A DNA stretch of 64,000 bases, from the NCBI RefSeq assembly GCF_006345805.1, contig NC_043002.1, positions 35,774,001-35,838,000 on the forward strand, given 5' to 3'. This document shows, one piece after another, positions 1-14,451 of this stretch. A program made the translations under genes and the position numbers. The DNA is from Octopus sinensis (taxonomy: Eukaryota). The stretch's first letter is position 1. Each line of letters opens with the position of its first letter. Under the pieces are notes generated by a model. It ran no database searches and was not told the origin of the DNA. It saw only the letters and a list, made by a program, of their open reading frames with translations.

Positions 1-386
1 GTGCATACGTATCTGTATATGTGTGCATTGAATTAAACTTCATGCAATAAACTTGAAATGTACGGGGCCTTAGTCAATATCAGCTCTAAGATGACTTTTA
101 TTGTCTTATAGATTGCTAATATAAATCATCAACATACGTGATGTAACCCTGACAATAGATAGTTAGGTAACACCATCAGGAATCTTACCGGTCTTTCCTC
201 CCCACTTCACCTCTCCTGCGTCTCACTCTCCGGGTTTTTCACACTAACCACTTTGTCCCATCTTCTTTCTTATAGCTTCAACCCTTTCTAATTTCCCTCT
301 TAAACCTCGCATGGAGACTAGATTGATCTTACCACCTCTGTGTATAATTCCTACTCCATGCTTAGCCGTAAAAACAAATATTCAGC

Positions 387-504
<118 letters not shown>

Positions 505-962
505 GTTTAAACAGGCTCCAAAGAGGCTGGCGTTGGTCTTCATTGGTAATACTTCCACTAATTAGTAAAATCGATAAAAAGAGTACAGTAAACTTGCCGT
601 GTGGAGTGGAAAATACAACGTTTCACACAGAATTATCCACCAAGGAAAGGAGAGAAATTAATGGGACAGCAAAGTTTTATACCCTCTGAGATAAAAACAA
701 AAAATGACAGCAATTGGTAAGGAACACAGGATCACGTGAGCCTCATACGTGAACAAGAAGTGGTAGGAGAAACAGTGTGAGGAGGTAAACGGAAAAAGGA
801 ATAGAATGAAGAGGAGACTCAGACAATGTCGAGAGTGAATTGAAGGGGAAAGATGAGGGACAATGGAGTTGAAGGATAAACAAGGGTTTAATATACTAAG
901 AGGTGGTGTAAGAGCAGAAAGTAATTTTTTTCATATAAACTTATTGTTGGTGCCAAGTTCGA

Positions 963-1020
<58 letters not shown>

Positions 1021-2509
1021 TGCAGATTCCAAGAAGCCATTCGTGTATCATGTAACTGCTTATTTCATATGAACTAATGAACTAAGAGACAGAGAATATG
1101 ATTACAGCTAATTGTCGCTTTCTGAGTATTCTCAATCGAAACTCCTCTCTACTCTATGTAACTTGGTATTGATTAGTAGTGAGTTTAGACTGATAATAAT
1201 GTTTAAAAGAATAAAGCTATTAAATTGGAGAAACTTCCAAAACTTTTAAAGAGGAATGCTAAGACTTAAGAATAAATACGCTGCTAGGTTGTAACAATGC
1301 TGTCACAAATTGTGAGGAACAATGTTATTCCTAATATCTGGAGTAGTGTAAGCTTCCTTAATTAGAATAAAGACAGATGAAATGCAGCGGAGAAGTAAGA
1401 TTAAAGAGGAAGTGAGCTAATGGATTAATTAAGGGCTAGAGAGGAAGAAAGAGAAAGCGAGAGAAATAAAGAGAGAGAGGGGGAGAGAAAGAGAGTCATA
1501 GTTAATTTATAATCAAATAAAAGTGATATGAAATGAATGCGACTTCATTGTGTCACGGCTGCCATGAAGCCATGTTTTTGATGAAACTGTATGTGTAAGA
1601 AATACTTTGATAAAACTCAGACAGATATATCTGATTCAGTCAACATAGATATTACATGAAGCAGATTGCAATAAGAGTCGATTACATTTCATTCAAGCCA
1701 ATAGCATCTAAATTATTAACATATAGTTTCCAGTAACATAATTGTTATTCTAGTTAAATGGAGGCATATCACATATGCGTTTGTTGTAACATAAACGAGA
1801 GAAATGAAAATTTGACTTAGAGACTCACAATACACAACCGAAACCGAAAGTACTTTGACAGATTAGTTAACTCGTATGTTTATACTTACACACGTACATC
1901 ACACACACACACAAACAAAACACACACACACACACACATACACACACATACACACATGTATATAAACATGCACACAAACATACAAACGCATCCACACATA
2001 TCTATTCAACAATAACTGCATATATATACATACATACATAAATACATAAATACCTACATGCGTACATATATACATACATATGTACATACATACGTACGTA
2101 CGTACGTACATACATACATACATACATACATACATACATACATACATACATACATACATACATACATACGCTGAGACACGCACACACACCATTGTTTATA
2201 AAAATAGAAAATAACTCCAGTTGCTAGATCATTTCAAGCGTCGGAGAAAATACATTTTGCGATGACGTCAGACATTCCGAGCCAACGCGGGAGCCTCTGC
2301 GCGGTCACCCGACCTTCTAAACATAGCAGCCACATTTGACGTTATAAAGCATAGAAGGACACATTAGATAATGTAGTCACGGCTGTAGTGGCAAGAAAAC
2401 AAGCAACACAAAAAAAAAAAATCCAAGAAGATCACCTCTTGAACGCCTTTGATCTAAGGGCTGCTGGTTTAGGACTGATCTAGAGCTAAACAACAAACAA
2501 CAACAACAG

Positions 2510-2590
<81 letters not shown>
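2510..2590. repeat. (CTA)n microsatellite
   Basis: Perfect CTA trinucleotide run. Confidence 0.97.
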
Positions 2591-2752
2591 GAAATATTCA
2601 TTCAGTCAACAACACACGTTTCTTTAGATTGCATACATTTAGAGCTGGCCAAACCTCAGTATATATAGATTTCATATATATGAACTGGCTATTGTTTTTT
2701 GTCTTTATTTTCTCTCTCTCTCTCTCTCCCTTTCTCTCTTTCTTTCTCCCTT

Positions 2753-2805
<53 letters not shown>

Positions 2806-5062
2806 TCATACACGACATATTTTCTGTAACCTTCCCTATTTTGTGATTTACAGCTAACACTACATCTTATTGAAAAAGAATATTAGATTTCCCAAAGTAC
2901 CACTGGGGGAAATGCAGTAATATATTTAGACGTCAAACAATAGGTTGGTTCATTTGTACATTTTTAAAATTGTTTGTTTTCATGTTTTAGTCAGAAGGGG
3001 AATACAGCGTCCATAACCCGCTTTTTCTTCCTTTCTGCTTTTGTTTTTGGCGGTGGGGGCCCTCTGAGGCTACTGAGAAGAAAAGCATAGACGATGATAC
3101 GTAGACAGCTGCAGTTGAAAAGCAACGCGTCAAAATATTGAGCTATCTTCATATCAAGAAACTTCTAAGGATGCCTGCAAGAAAGTATACTCAACTATAT
3201 ATCAAGCGCTATCTATTCAAAATGATTCGGTATGCTTTTACTCAACCCAAGTTTATTCCCCTCACAAAACATGGCCGGATCTGAGGCTGCAACAGAAGAC
3301 CCTTTGGAAGGCGCCGGGCAGCGGGATCCAAACTCGGTATCACGTGATAGTGAAGAATCCGTCTTAACCACACTTCAATGCCACCGCCCAGTACCGAGCT
3401 TTGTAAAAGTATTGAAATACATAATTCGCATTTATGAATTTGTGAATCACAAAAGTATATACAAGGTTTCAACCAGTGAAAGCAATTCTCCATATATAGC
3501 TAACAGAACAGAAATCAAAGAGTCGAAAAGAAACAAAATACATTTCAAACCGACATCAACGATAATGCTAATGGAGTATATACTACGTATCAGAGCAAAT
3601 CTTGGAACAGATTGGGAAGGATAAAGAAGAAACTAGGTAAAGCAGATTCACGATATGATAACGACAAATTCCAAGGAGTGTTTGCTGAGGCTACCTCTAA
3701 GAGGGGTATGTAGTAATTTTGAAAATACTTGCTTAGTTACAGGCTTCTCTTTGGCAAGGCATAGCACCCATTCAGCCACCCTGCCAGGGAGACGCCGAAG
3801 TCAAGGGACTGCAGCAAGCGGGATGTAAAGAGGGAGCGGAAGAGCTCAACTGAGATAACAGCGATTCTTACATTGATGCTGAGCGGAGGAATCCCGGAAG
3901 ATCAACGGTCAGGATCACAAAGTTCTATTAAGAGAGTGACTACAATGTATCGAAAGGGGGAGCGTTCATGATTGTGTAATCAGCTAATGAAAGATTCATT
4001 TTGACTCAAGCTCCCAATGCAAATAATAGAATTTGATGGCGATAGAGAGTCACGAGAATCCGTCCAAGCAATGCGAGTGATTATAGAAGCAAATTAGCTC
4101 ACAAATTTATGAAGGTTTTAGACAATGTAAAGCTTAGAGTTTATGTAGAAAAGAAACTGGGAAGCCTTATTTGTATCACTAGTCAGTAGAACAAAGCCAT
4201 TAAAAAAATAATGTATTGATGACAACATCAGATCTGCAAAGCAAACCCACGAATGCAAATGTATTAATGTCGTGTGAGACGCACAGAAGGTCACTGTAAA
4301 AACACTATAACAACTTATATAGGGAAAATTATGTAGAGTATGGGTGAAAGAATAGAGGAACACATATGTAAATAGATCGAAAAGGAACCAACATCAGTAC
4401 TCCCGTAATAAGTCAAAAGTAAGCATATTTGTTAGATAAACAACAGTAAATTAAAACAATCGTTTCTGCATTTCTGCACGGTACGATACTAAGACAAGTT
4501 ACACAGCTAATACACATACTAGACGTGGAAACTGAACCATGAAGGGGAAATATGACTAGAATAACATCCCTCACCACCACACCTCAAACGTAAGTTCTAC
4601 CACTAATACAGCCGCCCAAACACAAACTAACAAGAAAAATAACAATAATACATATTTAATACATAATCTACAATAATGTAAAATAAAGAATTAACCTATT
4701 ATGCATGCGTGCGAGTGAATGGAAATGTGTATGTATAAAAATAAACTTGGGTAAATATTTGTGATGAGACATGCCAATAAGTGTTACCAACAGTTATGAA
4801 TGGATTATAAGACATAAATGACAAGCTACAAACAAAACAAGACGAAGACAACAAGAAGTACACACACACACACACACGTTCAACTATGCATATATACACA
4901 CATAACCACTCCCTACCACACAAATATACATAAATATATCACACACTCAAATATATAGATAAATCACAAGCACACACATACACACACGTGCGCATGCACA
5001 AATATGTGTAGGCGTGAAGTTCAAAGTTCAAAAGTTCAACACAAGTTCAGCACACCCAACTC

Positions 5063-5099
<37 letters not shown>

Positions 5100-5179
5100 C
5101 GCTCACGATCACATACATAAGCTGTCACAACATAAGTATCATCTTAATTAAAAGTAATGCATATGCATACGCTTGAACG

Positions 5180-5221
<42 letters not shown>

Positions 5222-5837
5222 ACACACTAACAAGTTAAACATAAATAACACGATGGAAATTGCTTCGCATTTTACTGCGTGACATACACGTATTCATGCC
5301 TCTTGTATGTGCATACGTGTGTAATTATGCATAAAAACAAGCATAGATAAATATAGGTCACACGGCAAAGAGGATAGGACAAAGAGTATGTAAGTTATGG
5401 AGGTGTAAAAGGGCTCTTTTTTCAAAAATAAGGTCACAAGGTGTGATCAGAGCACTTTAGTAAGTCACTTAATCAATTAGGTACGTAACTAATGAATTAA
5501 TTATCTAATTTATAGGCCATAGTGTGAAGAAGTGCGAAGATGTTTTTGGTTATTTTGAATCTATATGCGTATGTATATGTGTGTATGTATATATGAGTAT
5601 GCATGTGTGTGGTGAATTTTTGGGGGCTTGGTTAGAGAGATGAAAAAGGGAAAAGGAAAGAAAGAGATGAATAAAAAAATAAAAGAAATGGGTCTTTTTC
5701 TAAGATGGTTGAAACTGATGACAGTTTCATAAGTCAATTTTCTTCCAGTCATTGTTATACTAAGAGCATCCTCTTCCCAATTCAACTCCAGATTTTTTTC
5801 AACTAACTCATATGCATACATACAAACATACATACAT

Positions 5838-6330
5838 GGTGGCTGCCCCCTCGTTATCGAGTATGGCCATTGCACGAAGCTTAATCAATGTTGTTATCGT
5901 GTAATGCCTGTGCAAGAAGATTTTTTTTAAAGTGAGGAACGGCTGTGCACTGAGTCAGTCCCACTCACTAAGCAACAGCAGCCATAATCCGAAAAGAAGA
6001 ACAAGTCAACATCATCGGTAACCACTGAGCCGCAGGTTTTATGTCGGAGTTATCCCAGTTATCTGAGTTACCTTCTCCTAGAAGGATGCCCTAACAAATA
6101 TTAGGAGCCCTTCCCTCCCAATGGTTTATACGCGCGATCGGGTATTCAGTCCGATTATTTCTATGTCCCCGCGCATGATACAGCCTTAAGACATTTATTG
6201 GATGGCTGTTGACTCTCAAGAGTTCCTCCGCCCTTTGACGGGTTTTGTTTTTCATCCCGCAGGGTGTCCAACACCCTCTTCACCAAGCAAGCTTAGTGGG
6301 GTTGCCGGTATAGTCGCCGACGACCCAACC
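5838..6330 (-). mobile_element. Short non-coding RTE-derived element (5'-part plus 3'-tail, bipartite-like) embedded in (CATA)n
   Basis: Minus strand contains GGGCATCCTTCTAGGAGAAGGTAACTC, resembling the RTE 5'-UTR motif as I recall it, and ends CGAGGGGGCAGCCACC before a (TATG)n tail. GC-richer than the flanks, with CATA repeats on both sides. Confidence 0.5.
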
Positions 6331-6395
6331 ATACATACATACATACATACATACACACACAAACACACACTCACACACATACACACACACACACA

Positions 6396-6427
<32 letters not shown>

Positions 6428-6612
6428 TACACATACACACACATATATATATATATAGATTATTGCTCAGTGTGTGCATGTGTGTTGCTATTCTGGATTA
6501 TTATTATTTTCTGTAAATATGTCTTTCATGATGAATCTCTCAAATGACATGAAAGCGTTAAATAAATAATTTTAATCCAAAATCCTAACTACCTCTTTTT
6601 CCTTTATATATT

Positions 6613-6666
<54 letters not shown>

Positions 6667-7912
6667 CATGTATATATATGTGTTTGTACACAAACACATT
6701 TCACAAGAGGATTATTAAAGACATTTAGTTCATTTCAGATGAAGTTGTTAAAAATAAGAAATTCCTTTTTTAAAAGTATTGGCTTTATAATTTAACTAAA
6801 TGATTTTAACGATTAAACGGAAAACGTTATCTAGGTTTATCTGTGTGCATACATTCATATGTATTGAAAGACAAGCAGATAATATAGTTGTTATATTCGT
6901 AAGAATGTATCTCTTTGTACCTGTATATACGTGTGCTTATTATATAGAGAAAGACAAAAAAGGGGAAGAGGGGAGCACGCGTGAACTAAATTGATTCTTT
7001 AGAGACAATACATGAGAAGATGGCAACAGAAGATGGAAATCTACTCTATGGCACTAGATGATGTTAAAAATTTAAAAGTACTTTGATCTATTAAATGTTC
7101 CTTTTATTTTAATTTTCTTTTACTTAATTCTTTCTTGCTTATATACTTGAAGCTAATATATATTTTCCTACAAGTTCTCTGCCTATTGTTCTCGTCTGTT
7201 GCACTTAGAAATTTACGAGAGTAAACTGACCTCTTAACCTTTTTCGAGTCATACATGGATCAAAGCTGATAGGGAGGAAAGGTCCTTTATTTAGCCTGAC
7301 TTAGTTTGGTTAGGAAGAATATAAATAAGCAACTTCAAATTAGTTCCTCTCTGGTCACTTGGTACCTACTCAGAGAGAACACCTCGTTTTCTCCTTTTGC
7401 TTATAGCTTGACAATACATTTCCTACATTTTCCACTTGACTAAACCCTATTATCCTTTCTCTCTCTAGTAGTCACCCAAAGATGAAGTTACCTATCTATG
7501 AAGTTACCTATCTGTGAAGTTACCTATCTATGGACTATAAATAATCTTTGTACATTTACAAGTATAATAAGTGGGCTACTACATTGTAATGATGATGATA
7601 TTAAATAAAGGGCCATTTCAACTAACAATTAATAACTTATTCTCCCATTTATTCGGTGCATTTATTTGCAACACATGATGTTATAATTGCTTTCCTCCAA
7701 TGTTTATAAACTGTTAAAATTGGATCTTACACTTAACCGTTACAAATTGGTAATTCCAACATTCATTGATCGTTATACATAACCATTACATACCAATATT
7801 TCAATGAAGCAAGTTATTTATTAGTTACAGGCTTAAAACCAACGGCGCATGCCCTTGTGTGTGTATGTGTGTGTGTGTGTGTGCGTGCGTGCGCGCGTGT
7901 GTGTATGTGTGC

Positions 7913-7965
<53 letters not shown>

Positions 7966-8049
7966 TGTGCATCTTTCAGTGTTAAGGTATATATTACTGT
8001 TTCCATACACTTGTGATGTAACGATGAAGAGTTTTCGTGTTTAAGCAAT

Positions 8050-9260
8050 TATTGTCCTACGATATCTTTGGTGGAATGCTGCCCAGCTCAGGTAAGTTCA
8101 AGCGTTAAGTAACACCTTCGATCAAAGGCCAGTGGCTTGCCAAGATGGTTGATGACGACTATTTCCCAAAATAGAAACCATTGCAGTTATTTTCCCAACA
8201 CAATGATCCTCGAGTACTCGATCAACTGTACAGTTTCCGGCTCTTGCATTAAAATCTATAAGAATGCTTTTGTTGTGATTTTGTATCTGAAGCAAGTTTT
8301 GTCCCTGAATAGTAGATGACAGAATTGATGCATTGACATATAGCAAGCAGCATAACGTCTCGTAAAAAGAAAATATGAACTGATATTAGTTAAGACTGAT
8401 GACCTTGTCAGGAAGCAGACTATTCTTCACAGCAAAGCTGATTCAATGCTTGTGATGTCCACTCTCGAGATGACTTCCTGAAAAATTAGCGTAACTCACC
8501 AATCTCCTTAATGGAGCCTTCCCTCAGTAGCACGAGCTCACTGGGTGCAGCAGTAACTATACTGTAGCATCTCAGTTAATTGAGTTGTAGGGCCGTTCCT
8601 CGCTGGGGCCCGTTTGTAGAATTGTCGATATCAAGTTAAGCATGTATACTACAAGCGAGGAACCTAAGTAGTGTGTCACATTCCTTTATTTATGACTGTT
8701 TTATGAAGTGTCTTGGCAGGTACGGTTTCATGTCCTGTAAAGGAGCTGAGTGGATAATTTATTGGGCATCTTCTCTAGGGTCTGCCCGGTTGGGATGAGC
8801 AGCATTTATCTAAATAGGGTTGTTCATTTGTACAGGGGCCTGTCGGAAGAAGCCCCCACTCAGTACCAGCTATCAGAAACTGCTGCTCTGAGCTGTTCAA
8901 ATGTAGAGTTCTAATTAAAAGCCTACAACACATTCAAACCTGCTCCCAACGTTAGCTTCTCTATCGCCGTCAAACACTAAGGATTGAAAAGATATCCGTG
9001 CACACAAGCTTTATAGGCGATCAGTCCAGTGGCAAAAGAGACTTAAGAATGAGTTGTATCGTCTCTCAGCTGCGGGAGGCTGTGTCAGAAATCCAGTCTG
9101 TCGGAAACCGCCTCAAAACTGACCTTCACAGTTTACACCTTCCAGTTAAGGTGTACTTCCTAAGACTTTCCCTTGCTGGACTCACCTACAAAGCAATACG
9201 GCAGTGGCTGGTGATAACTATGGCGTATCGATTAGAAGGGGTGCTTACACTGTACTTCTG
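8050..9260 (-). mobile_element. Decayed RTE-type LINE 5' fragment (AP-endonuclease relic)
   Basis: ORF 8122-8346 reads ILIDFNARAG...VLEDHCVGK, matching the APE motif GDFNARVG...VLGxHGVGK of RTE LINEs. Heavily frameshifted; upstream extent uncertain. Confidence 0.55.
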
Positions 9261-10072
9261 AAGACCACTGTTTTCCGAAATTACCCTATTAAATCTGCAT
9301 GGGGCTGGAGGTTTGGATGGATACTTCTCAAAAAAAGAGTTTGTGTGCTGACATAAAAGACATATGGTTGCTTACCGGTTCAATACATCGAACAGCTAGT
9401 GGAAGCGAGCTGTACCTAAAAGATTTTTACAAGCAGATGGAATGTAGTAACACACCTACATCACCAACTCTGCACTTTTCACTCGATGACTTTCTCACTG
9501 GTAATGCCTACCCTGTATTTTATACAAATGTAATACTTTTTCTCAAATAAATTGCACTTCATATTCAAGGCTCCGATAAAACTATAGGATGCTATCCAGG
9601 CACTCAACTGCGAGTGCACTGCATCTTATAGCAGAAACAGCTGTGAGCTAATGAAGTTCATAACGTAAGCATAGTTTATCCTGTGTAATCTCTTTTTCTA
9701 ATTTATATATATATATATATCAGCTTAATTTAATTCGTCCTTAGTCGAAAGACACCTGTTGTTATGTCCTGTTATTTGTATTTGTGTAACATTCTCCGTT
9801 TTTTTCCATCCTTGTTTTCGTATACATTCGCTGTTTTCTTTTCTTCCAAGGAAGCTAATGCTCTTAGCTTAGTTTTTCTTTGGGACTGGCCAGATTGGAG
9901 CAAACTGGAGTATAACCAGCCAAAATCACAAAGACAATCTGGAACTCGACTGAGGTAAGAAAACTCGGAATGACCCGTCCTTGTTTTCTGTGTATCGTCT
10001 ATATGGATGTTTTGTTGTCCCTTTTTTGTATCACCTAACTGTCTGGATGTTTTGCGTTCTTTTCCCATTTTG

Positions 10073-10109
<37 letters not shown>

Positions 10110-10334
10110 TTGGTCACGTATTTACCGTACGTACGTGAAGCTCCGAGTAACTATAGACTGATTCAGCTACTGATTCTTCCAACACTATGCCATGTATTTA
10201 GTGTTAATTTCTTTCGTTTATAAACAGAATCATACACACACTCACACACACAAGTACGCACACACACACACACACACATGCACACAAATACATATCCACA
10301 TATACACACACGCCCACGTGTCTATCTATGTTTG

Positions 10335-10427
<93 letters not shown>

Positions 10428-10515
10428 TCATACATGCATGCACATACGCACGCGTGTAAAAATGCTTGTGTGTATGTGCGTGTATGTGCGTGTACGTGTG
10501 TGTGTGTGTGTGTGT

Positions 10516-10547
<32 letters not shown>

Positions 10548-10621
10548 GTGTGTGTGTGTGTGTGTGTACATGCGAGCGTGCGTGCGCGCTCGCTCACACG
10601 TGTGTGTGATGAGTATAATAT

Positions 10622-10897
10622 TTACATTGTTTTCCCCCACAGCAGAACCATAGAGACATCAATTACAGCTGCAGGCATCTGAAGAAGTATGGCTGAGCGA
10701 GGCTCTAAGCCGTGGTGATGGTCTTGAAGTCGTGGTTTCCGTAGGGTTTGTGGTGTGGGTACTGGTCGTGAAGGTGCTGCCTTGGTTATGGTGTTGGTGC
10801 TGTTATTACTGTTGGTGGTGGTAGAGTTGGTGGTGGATGTGGTAATAGTAACGTTGGTGGTATTTAAAGTGTTGGAAGCGGGTTGAGATGAATAGTG
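10622..10897 (-). CDS. Candidate host terminal exon: Thr/Asn/Ser-rich stalk, Pro-rich segment and hydrophobic C-terminus
   Basis: Acceptor-like TTTGTTTATCCTGCAG directly precedes a 92-codon frame (HYSSQPASNTL...KAAPSRPVPTP...AAVIDVSMVLLWGKTM*); the other two frames are closed. No homology recognised. Confidence 0.35.
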   Translation of the reverse strand, partial: HYSSQPASNTLNTTNVTITTSTTNSTTTNSNNSTNTITKAAPSRPVPTPQTLRKPRLQDHHHGLEPRSAILLQMPAAVIDVSMVLLWGKTM

Positions 10898-11007
10898 CTG
10901 CAGGATAAACAAATACCTAACTATTCTCTTTTCTATTTCTCTGCCACCCCATCTATCCCTACTTAACACACATAACTATCCTTGAATAGGGAGATATCTC
11001 AGACTCT

Positions 11008-11049
<42 letters not shown>

Positions 11050-11180
11050 TGTGTATGTGTGTGTTTGTGTGTTAGTGTGCGCGCGCGTGTGTATTAAGCT
11101 TATTGACTCAAGGGAAGTAGCTATATATAGATTCTCACACACGCGCGCACACACAAACATGCGCTCATAGACTTACAAAC

Positions 11181-11212
<32 letters not shown>

Positions 11213-11228
11213 TTGTATGTGTGTGTGT

Positions 11229-11265
<37 letters not shown>

Positions 11266-11681
11266 GTGTGTATGATGTAGTTTTCCGGTGAGTCAATAGG
11301 ATTAACAAGATAAAATATACAATGAACATTTCTTCAAGTTTCAACTGTTTCAGCTACTTATTAAAATAACTTTTCACACACACATACACACACGTAGTTT
11401 AAGACAAACAGACAGTTATGTCATTATTTGGGACTGATCTACCTCACTATCTTCCTATCTATCTATGTATCTACATGTTTTACCACTGGCATGAATAGTG
11501 TACTATAATTGTTACGTCTCTAAATCAAATCACAATGCAGCAAATATATTCTTTTAAAATATCCCTATGATTATGGAAGTATCACCTTTAACACTATAGC
11601 TAAAAAAATTAAAATCCAACAACAATTCGATTGTTCAACAAGATTCCTCATATTATCATAGGTTTTTACATGTTAATAATG

Positions 11682-12115
11682 AGGAGGCGGTCAGCTGGCA
11701 GAAGCGATTGCACGCCGGACAAGCTGCTTAGTGGCATTTTGTCCGTCTTACGTTCTGACTTCAAATTTGGCCGAAGTAGAAGTTGCCTTTCACCCTTTCG
11801 GGGCTCGATAAAATAAGTACCAGTTGAACACTAGGGTCAATGTAATCGACTTATCCCTCCTCTCCAGAACTTGTTGGCCTCGTACCAAAATTTGAAACTT
11901 ATACTGAGGAAGCGGTGAGTTGGCAGAATCCTTATCACGCCGGACAAAATGCTTCATATCATTGTATCTGTCTTTAGGTTCTGTGTTCAAATTCCGCCGA
12001 GGTCGACTTTGCTTTCATCCCTTTCGGGGTCGATAAAATAAGTACCAGTCAAGCACTGAGGTCGATGTAATCCACGACTTACCCACTACTCCAAAATTTT
12101 CGGCTTTGTACCGAT
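11682..12115 (+). mobile_element. Two tandem tRNA-derived SINEs (family with GCCTTTCATCCTTTCGGGGTCGATAAA core)
   Basis: Heads GGCGGT(C/G)AG(C/T)TGGCAGAA, B-box-like GTTCAAATTCC, and a core shared with copies at 27745, 42012, 43701 and 62660. Confidence 0.85.
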
Positions 12116-13572
12116 AGCAGATGGGAGTGTTAAGAAATTTTACATTTCTATCACTCTCCCTCTTGAAACAAGGCTTTGAAATGCTGAAGGCCTTATTAAG
12201 GGTGGTAGAAGTGTAAAACATCTCAACAAGGAATCGGACATTGACATTGTCACACACATATGGAAAATGATTTTAAATTACTAATCCTTTATGAGTGAAA
12301 AAGTTACCATAATCTGATGTGAATATGGATTCATTAGACTCGGCAGAAATGAGCGAACTCGTCGGCCATTTCTTATTTTTTAATTCGTGCACTTAGTAAG
12401 AGGTATGTTTTGACTTTATGAACTACTGTTGTTAAATAAAAAGTGTCGACAAGTGCTATACTTATTATTCAATAATTTCGGATCTTCTATTATTAATAAA
12501 ACCAGTTTTCAAATTTGACTGCCTAGATGTAACAGTCGATCTTTCTAAATCATTCTACTAATCATTTAAGAAATCAGACAAGTTGTTAAAATACATACAT
12601 TTTTTTCTTATCTCCCCAAAATATAATTAATAATCTTATATATACAATGATACTAAATGTAACTGCATTAACTTTTGTAATTGCTATTGAGATCATAAAT
12701 GCTTAGATAATGATATAATCTACCAATATAAAGTTGCCAATAATAATTCAATCTACATATATGAATAGGTTCCACTTCTACACCTTTTAAAATAGGCTAC
12801 AACTACCACACACACACGTTTAGAAACTCGAATATAAAAAAAAATGAACGTCACACACAATTTATTTGATGAATGTTAAAAATACTAACTACACACTCAA
12901 ATGGAAAATGAGGGCTCCGTAAGCAGACCTATCAATTTATGTTCGTGAGAAAGCTTAGCCATTTTATTTGCTTAGCGCAATCCACTGAATAGACATAAAG
13001 AGATGATTTTCTCATATAAACGCAGGGCCTCAAAACCTTATATCTACGTCAAAACCAGATCTTTATCTGAAGATAGCATGGAATTCAACCTATAGCTTTT
13101 TCTCGGGTTAATACAGTTTTCACAGGAATTTTTTTTATTAATCTACTGGATCTTTACTTACGGCGACTGAATTTTTTATTATTTAGTAACTTAACATCTT
13201 AAAATCATTTTTATATAATAATATTTCTTATTCCTACTTTAATTGATTTAACACATCAATCTTGTTATATTTTGACTTTTTGATTTTGTATTGGTAATTT
13301 TATTTACTTTTCAACAATCAATACTTAAACATTTTCAACACGCTACTCTCTTTAATTATTTTTACTTTATTATTTATTTTCCCCCAGAAAATTTACTCAA
13401 TGTTAATTTACATTAGTGTATATTAACAATAATTTTTTCTTGCCCGACCTACATTGCCCAATATAATATGTGTACCTAGCGGTCTCTTTTACTTAACTTT
13501 CGATTTGTTTTAATTTCTACTCAAACACCTTGCACCTTCCTACTATTTTGTAGACACCTAGTTAATTATATT

Positions 13573-14017
13573 TCTTCTTCTTCTTTTCTTCTTCTTCTTC
13601 TTCTTCTTCTTCTTCTTTCTTCTTCTTCTTCTTCTTCTTCTTCTCTTCTTCTTCTTCTTCTCTTCTTCTCTCTTCTTCTTCTTCTTCTTCTTCTTCTTCT
13701 TCTCCTTCCTCTTCATCGTCTTCCTCTTCTTCCTCTTCATCGTCTTCCTCTTCTTCGTCTTCTTCTTCCTCTCCTTCCTCCTCTTCTTCCTCTTCTTCTT
13801 CCACCCTTCTGTCTCCCTTCTTTCTCTTCTTTCTCTTCCCCCTCCCCCTCCCCCTTCTTCCTCTGCCTCCCCTTCTTCCTCTTCCTCCTCTGCTTCCTCT
13901 TCCTCCTCTGATTCCTCTTCCTCCCCTTGTTCTTCTTCATCCTCCTCTTCCTCTTCCGCCTCCTTCCCTCCTCTGCCTCTTTTCTTTTCTTCATTTCATC
14001 ATCATCATCATTTCTAC

Positions 14018-14064
<47 letters not shown>
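13573..14064. repeat. Compound (CTT)n/(CCT)n pyrimidine tract followed by (CAT)n and (TTA)n
   Basis: Direct reading; gives the poly-E/K/R/N pseudo-ORFs. Confidence 0.95.
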
Positions 14065-14065
<1 letters not shown>

Positions 14066-14066
<1 letters not shown>

Positions 14067-14278
14067 TAATGGTATGTCCAGATGTGTTACATTTGGAATC
14101 AATGTCTTTGATAACAAGTCAATCAGTTTCCTTACATATCAAAGGCCTTTCGTACAATCCTTGCTGTTGCTAATAGAGATTTCTGTATGATGCAACTCTC
14201 GTACTTACACCGATCTCATTAAGAAAACTACCAAATCTGCTGGTAACGGAACCTAGTACGTCTATAACTACTGGGACA

Positions 14279-14279
<1 letters not shown>
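14066..14279 (-). mobile_element. R4/Dong-like LINE 3' fragment
   Basis: Minus strand reads VPVVIDVLGSV...EIGV and, after a frameshift, ATARIVRK: the end of the restriction-like endonuclease domain. Followed by a (TAA)n tail. Confidence 0.6.
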
Positions 14280-14342
<63 letters not shown>

Positions 14343-14378
14343 GTTGTTGTTGTTGTTGTGTTGTTGTTGTTGTTGTTG

Positions 14379-14451
<73 letters not shown>

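Noticed and set aside
2992-3086. HDV-like nested pairing (CAGAAGGGGA/TTCCTTTCTG and GCTTTTTCTTC/GAAGAAAAGC)
   Set aside because: No room for P3/L3, and the pairings are low-complexity purine/pyrimidine matches.
3232-4300. 130-aa ORF and adjoining coding-like sequence
   Set aside because: Probably an old LINE remnant, but no diagnostic motif could be read; not supportable as a gene.
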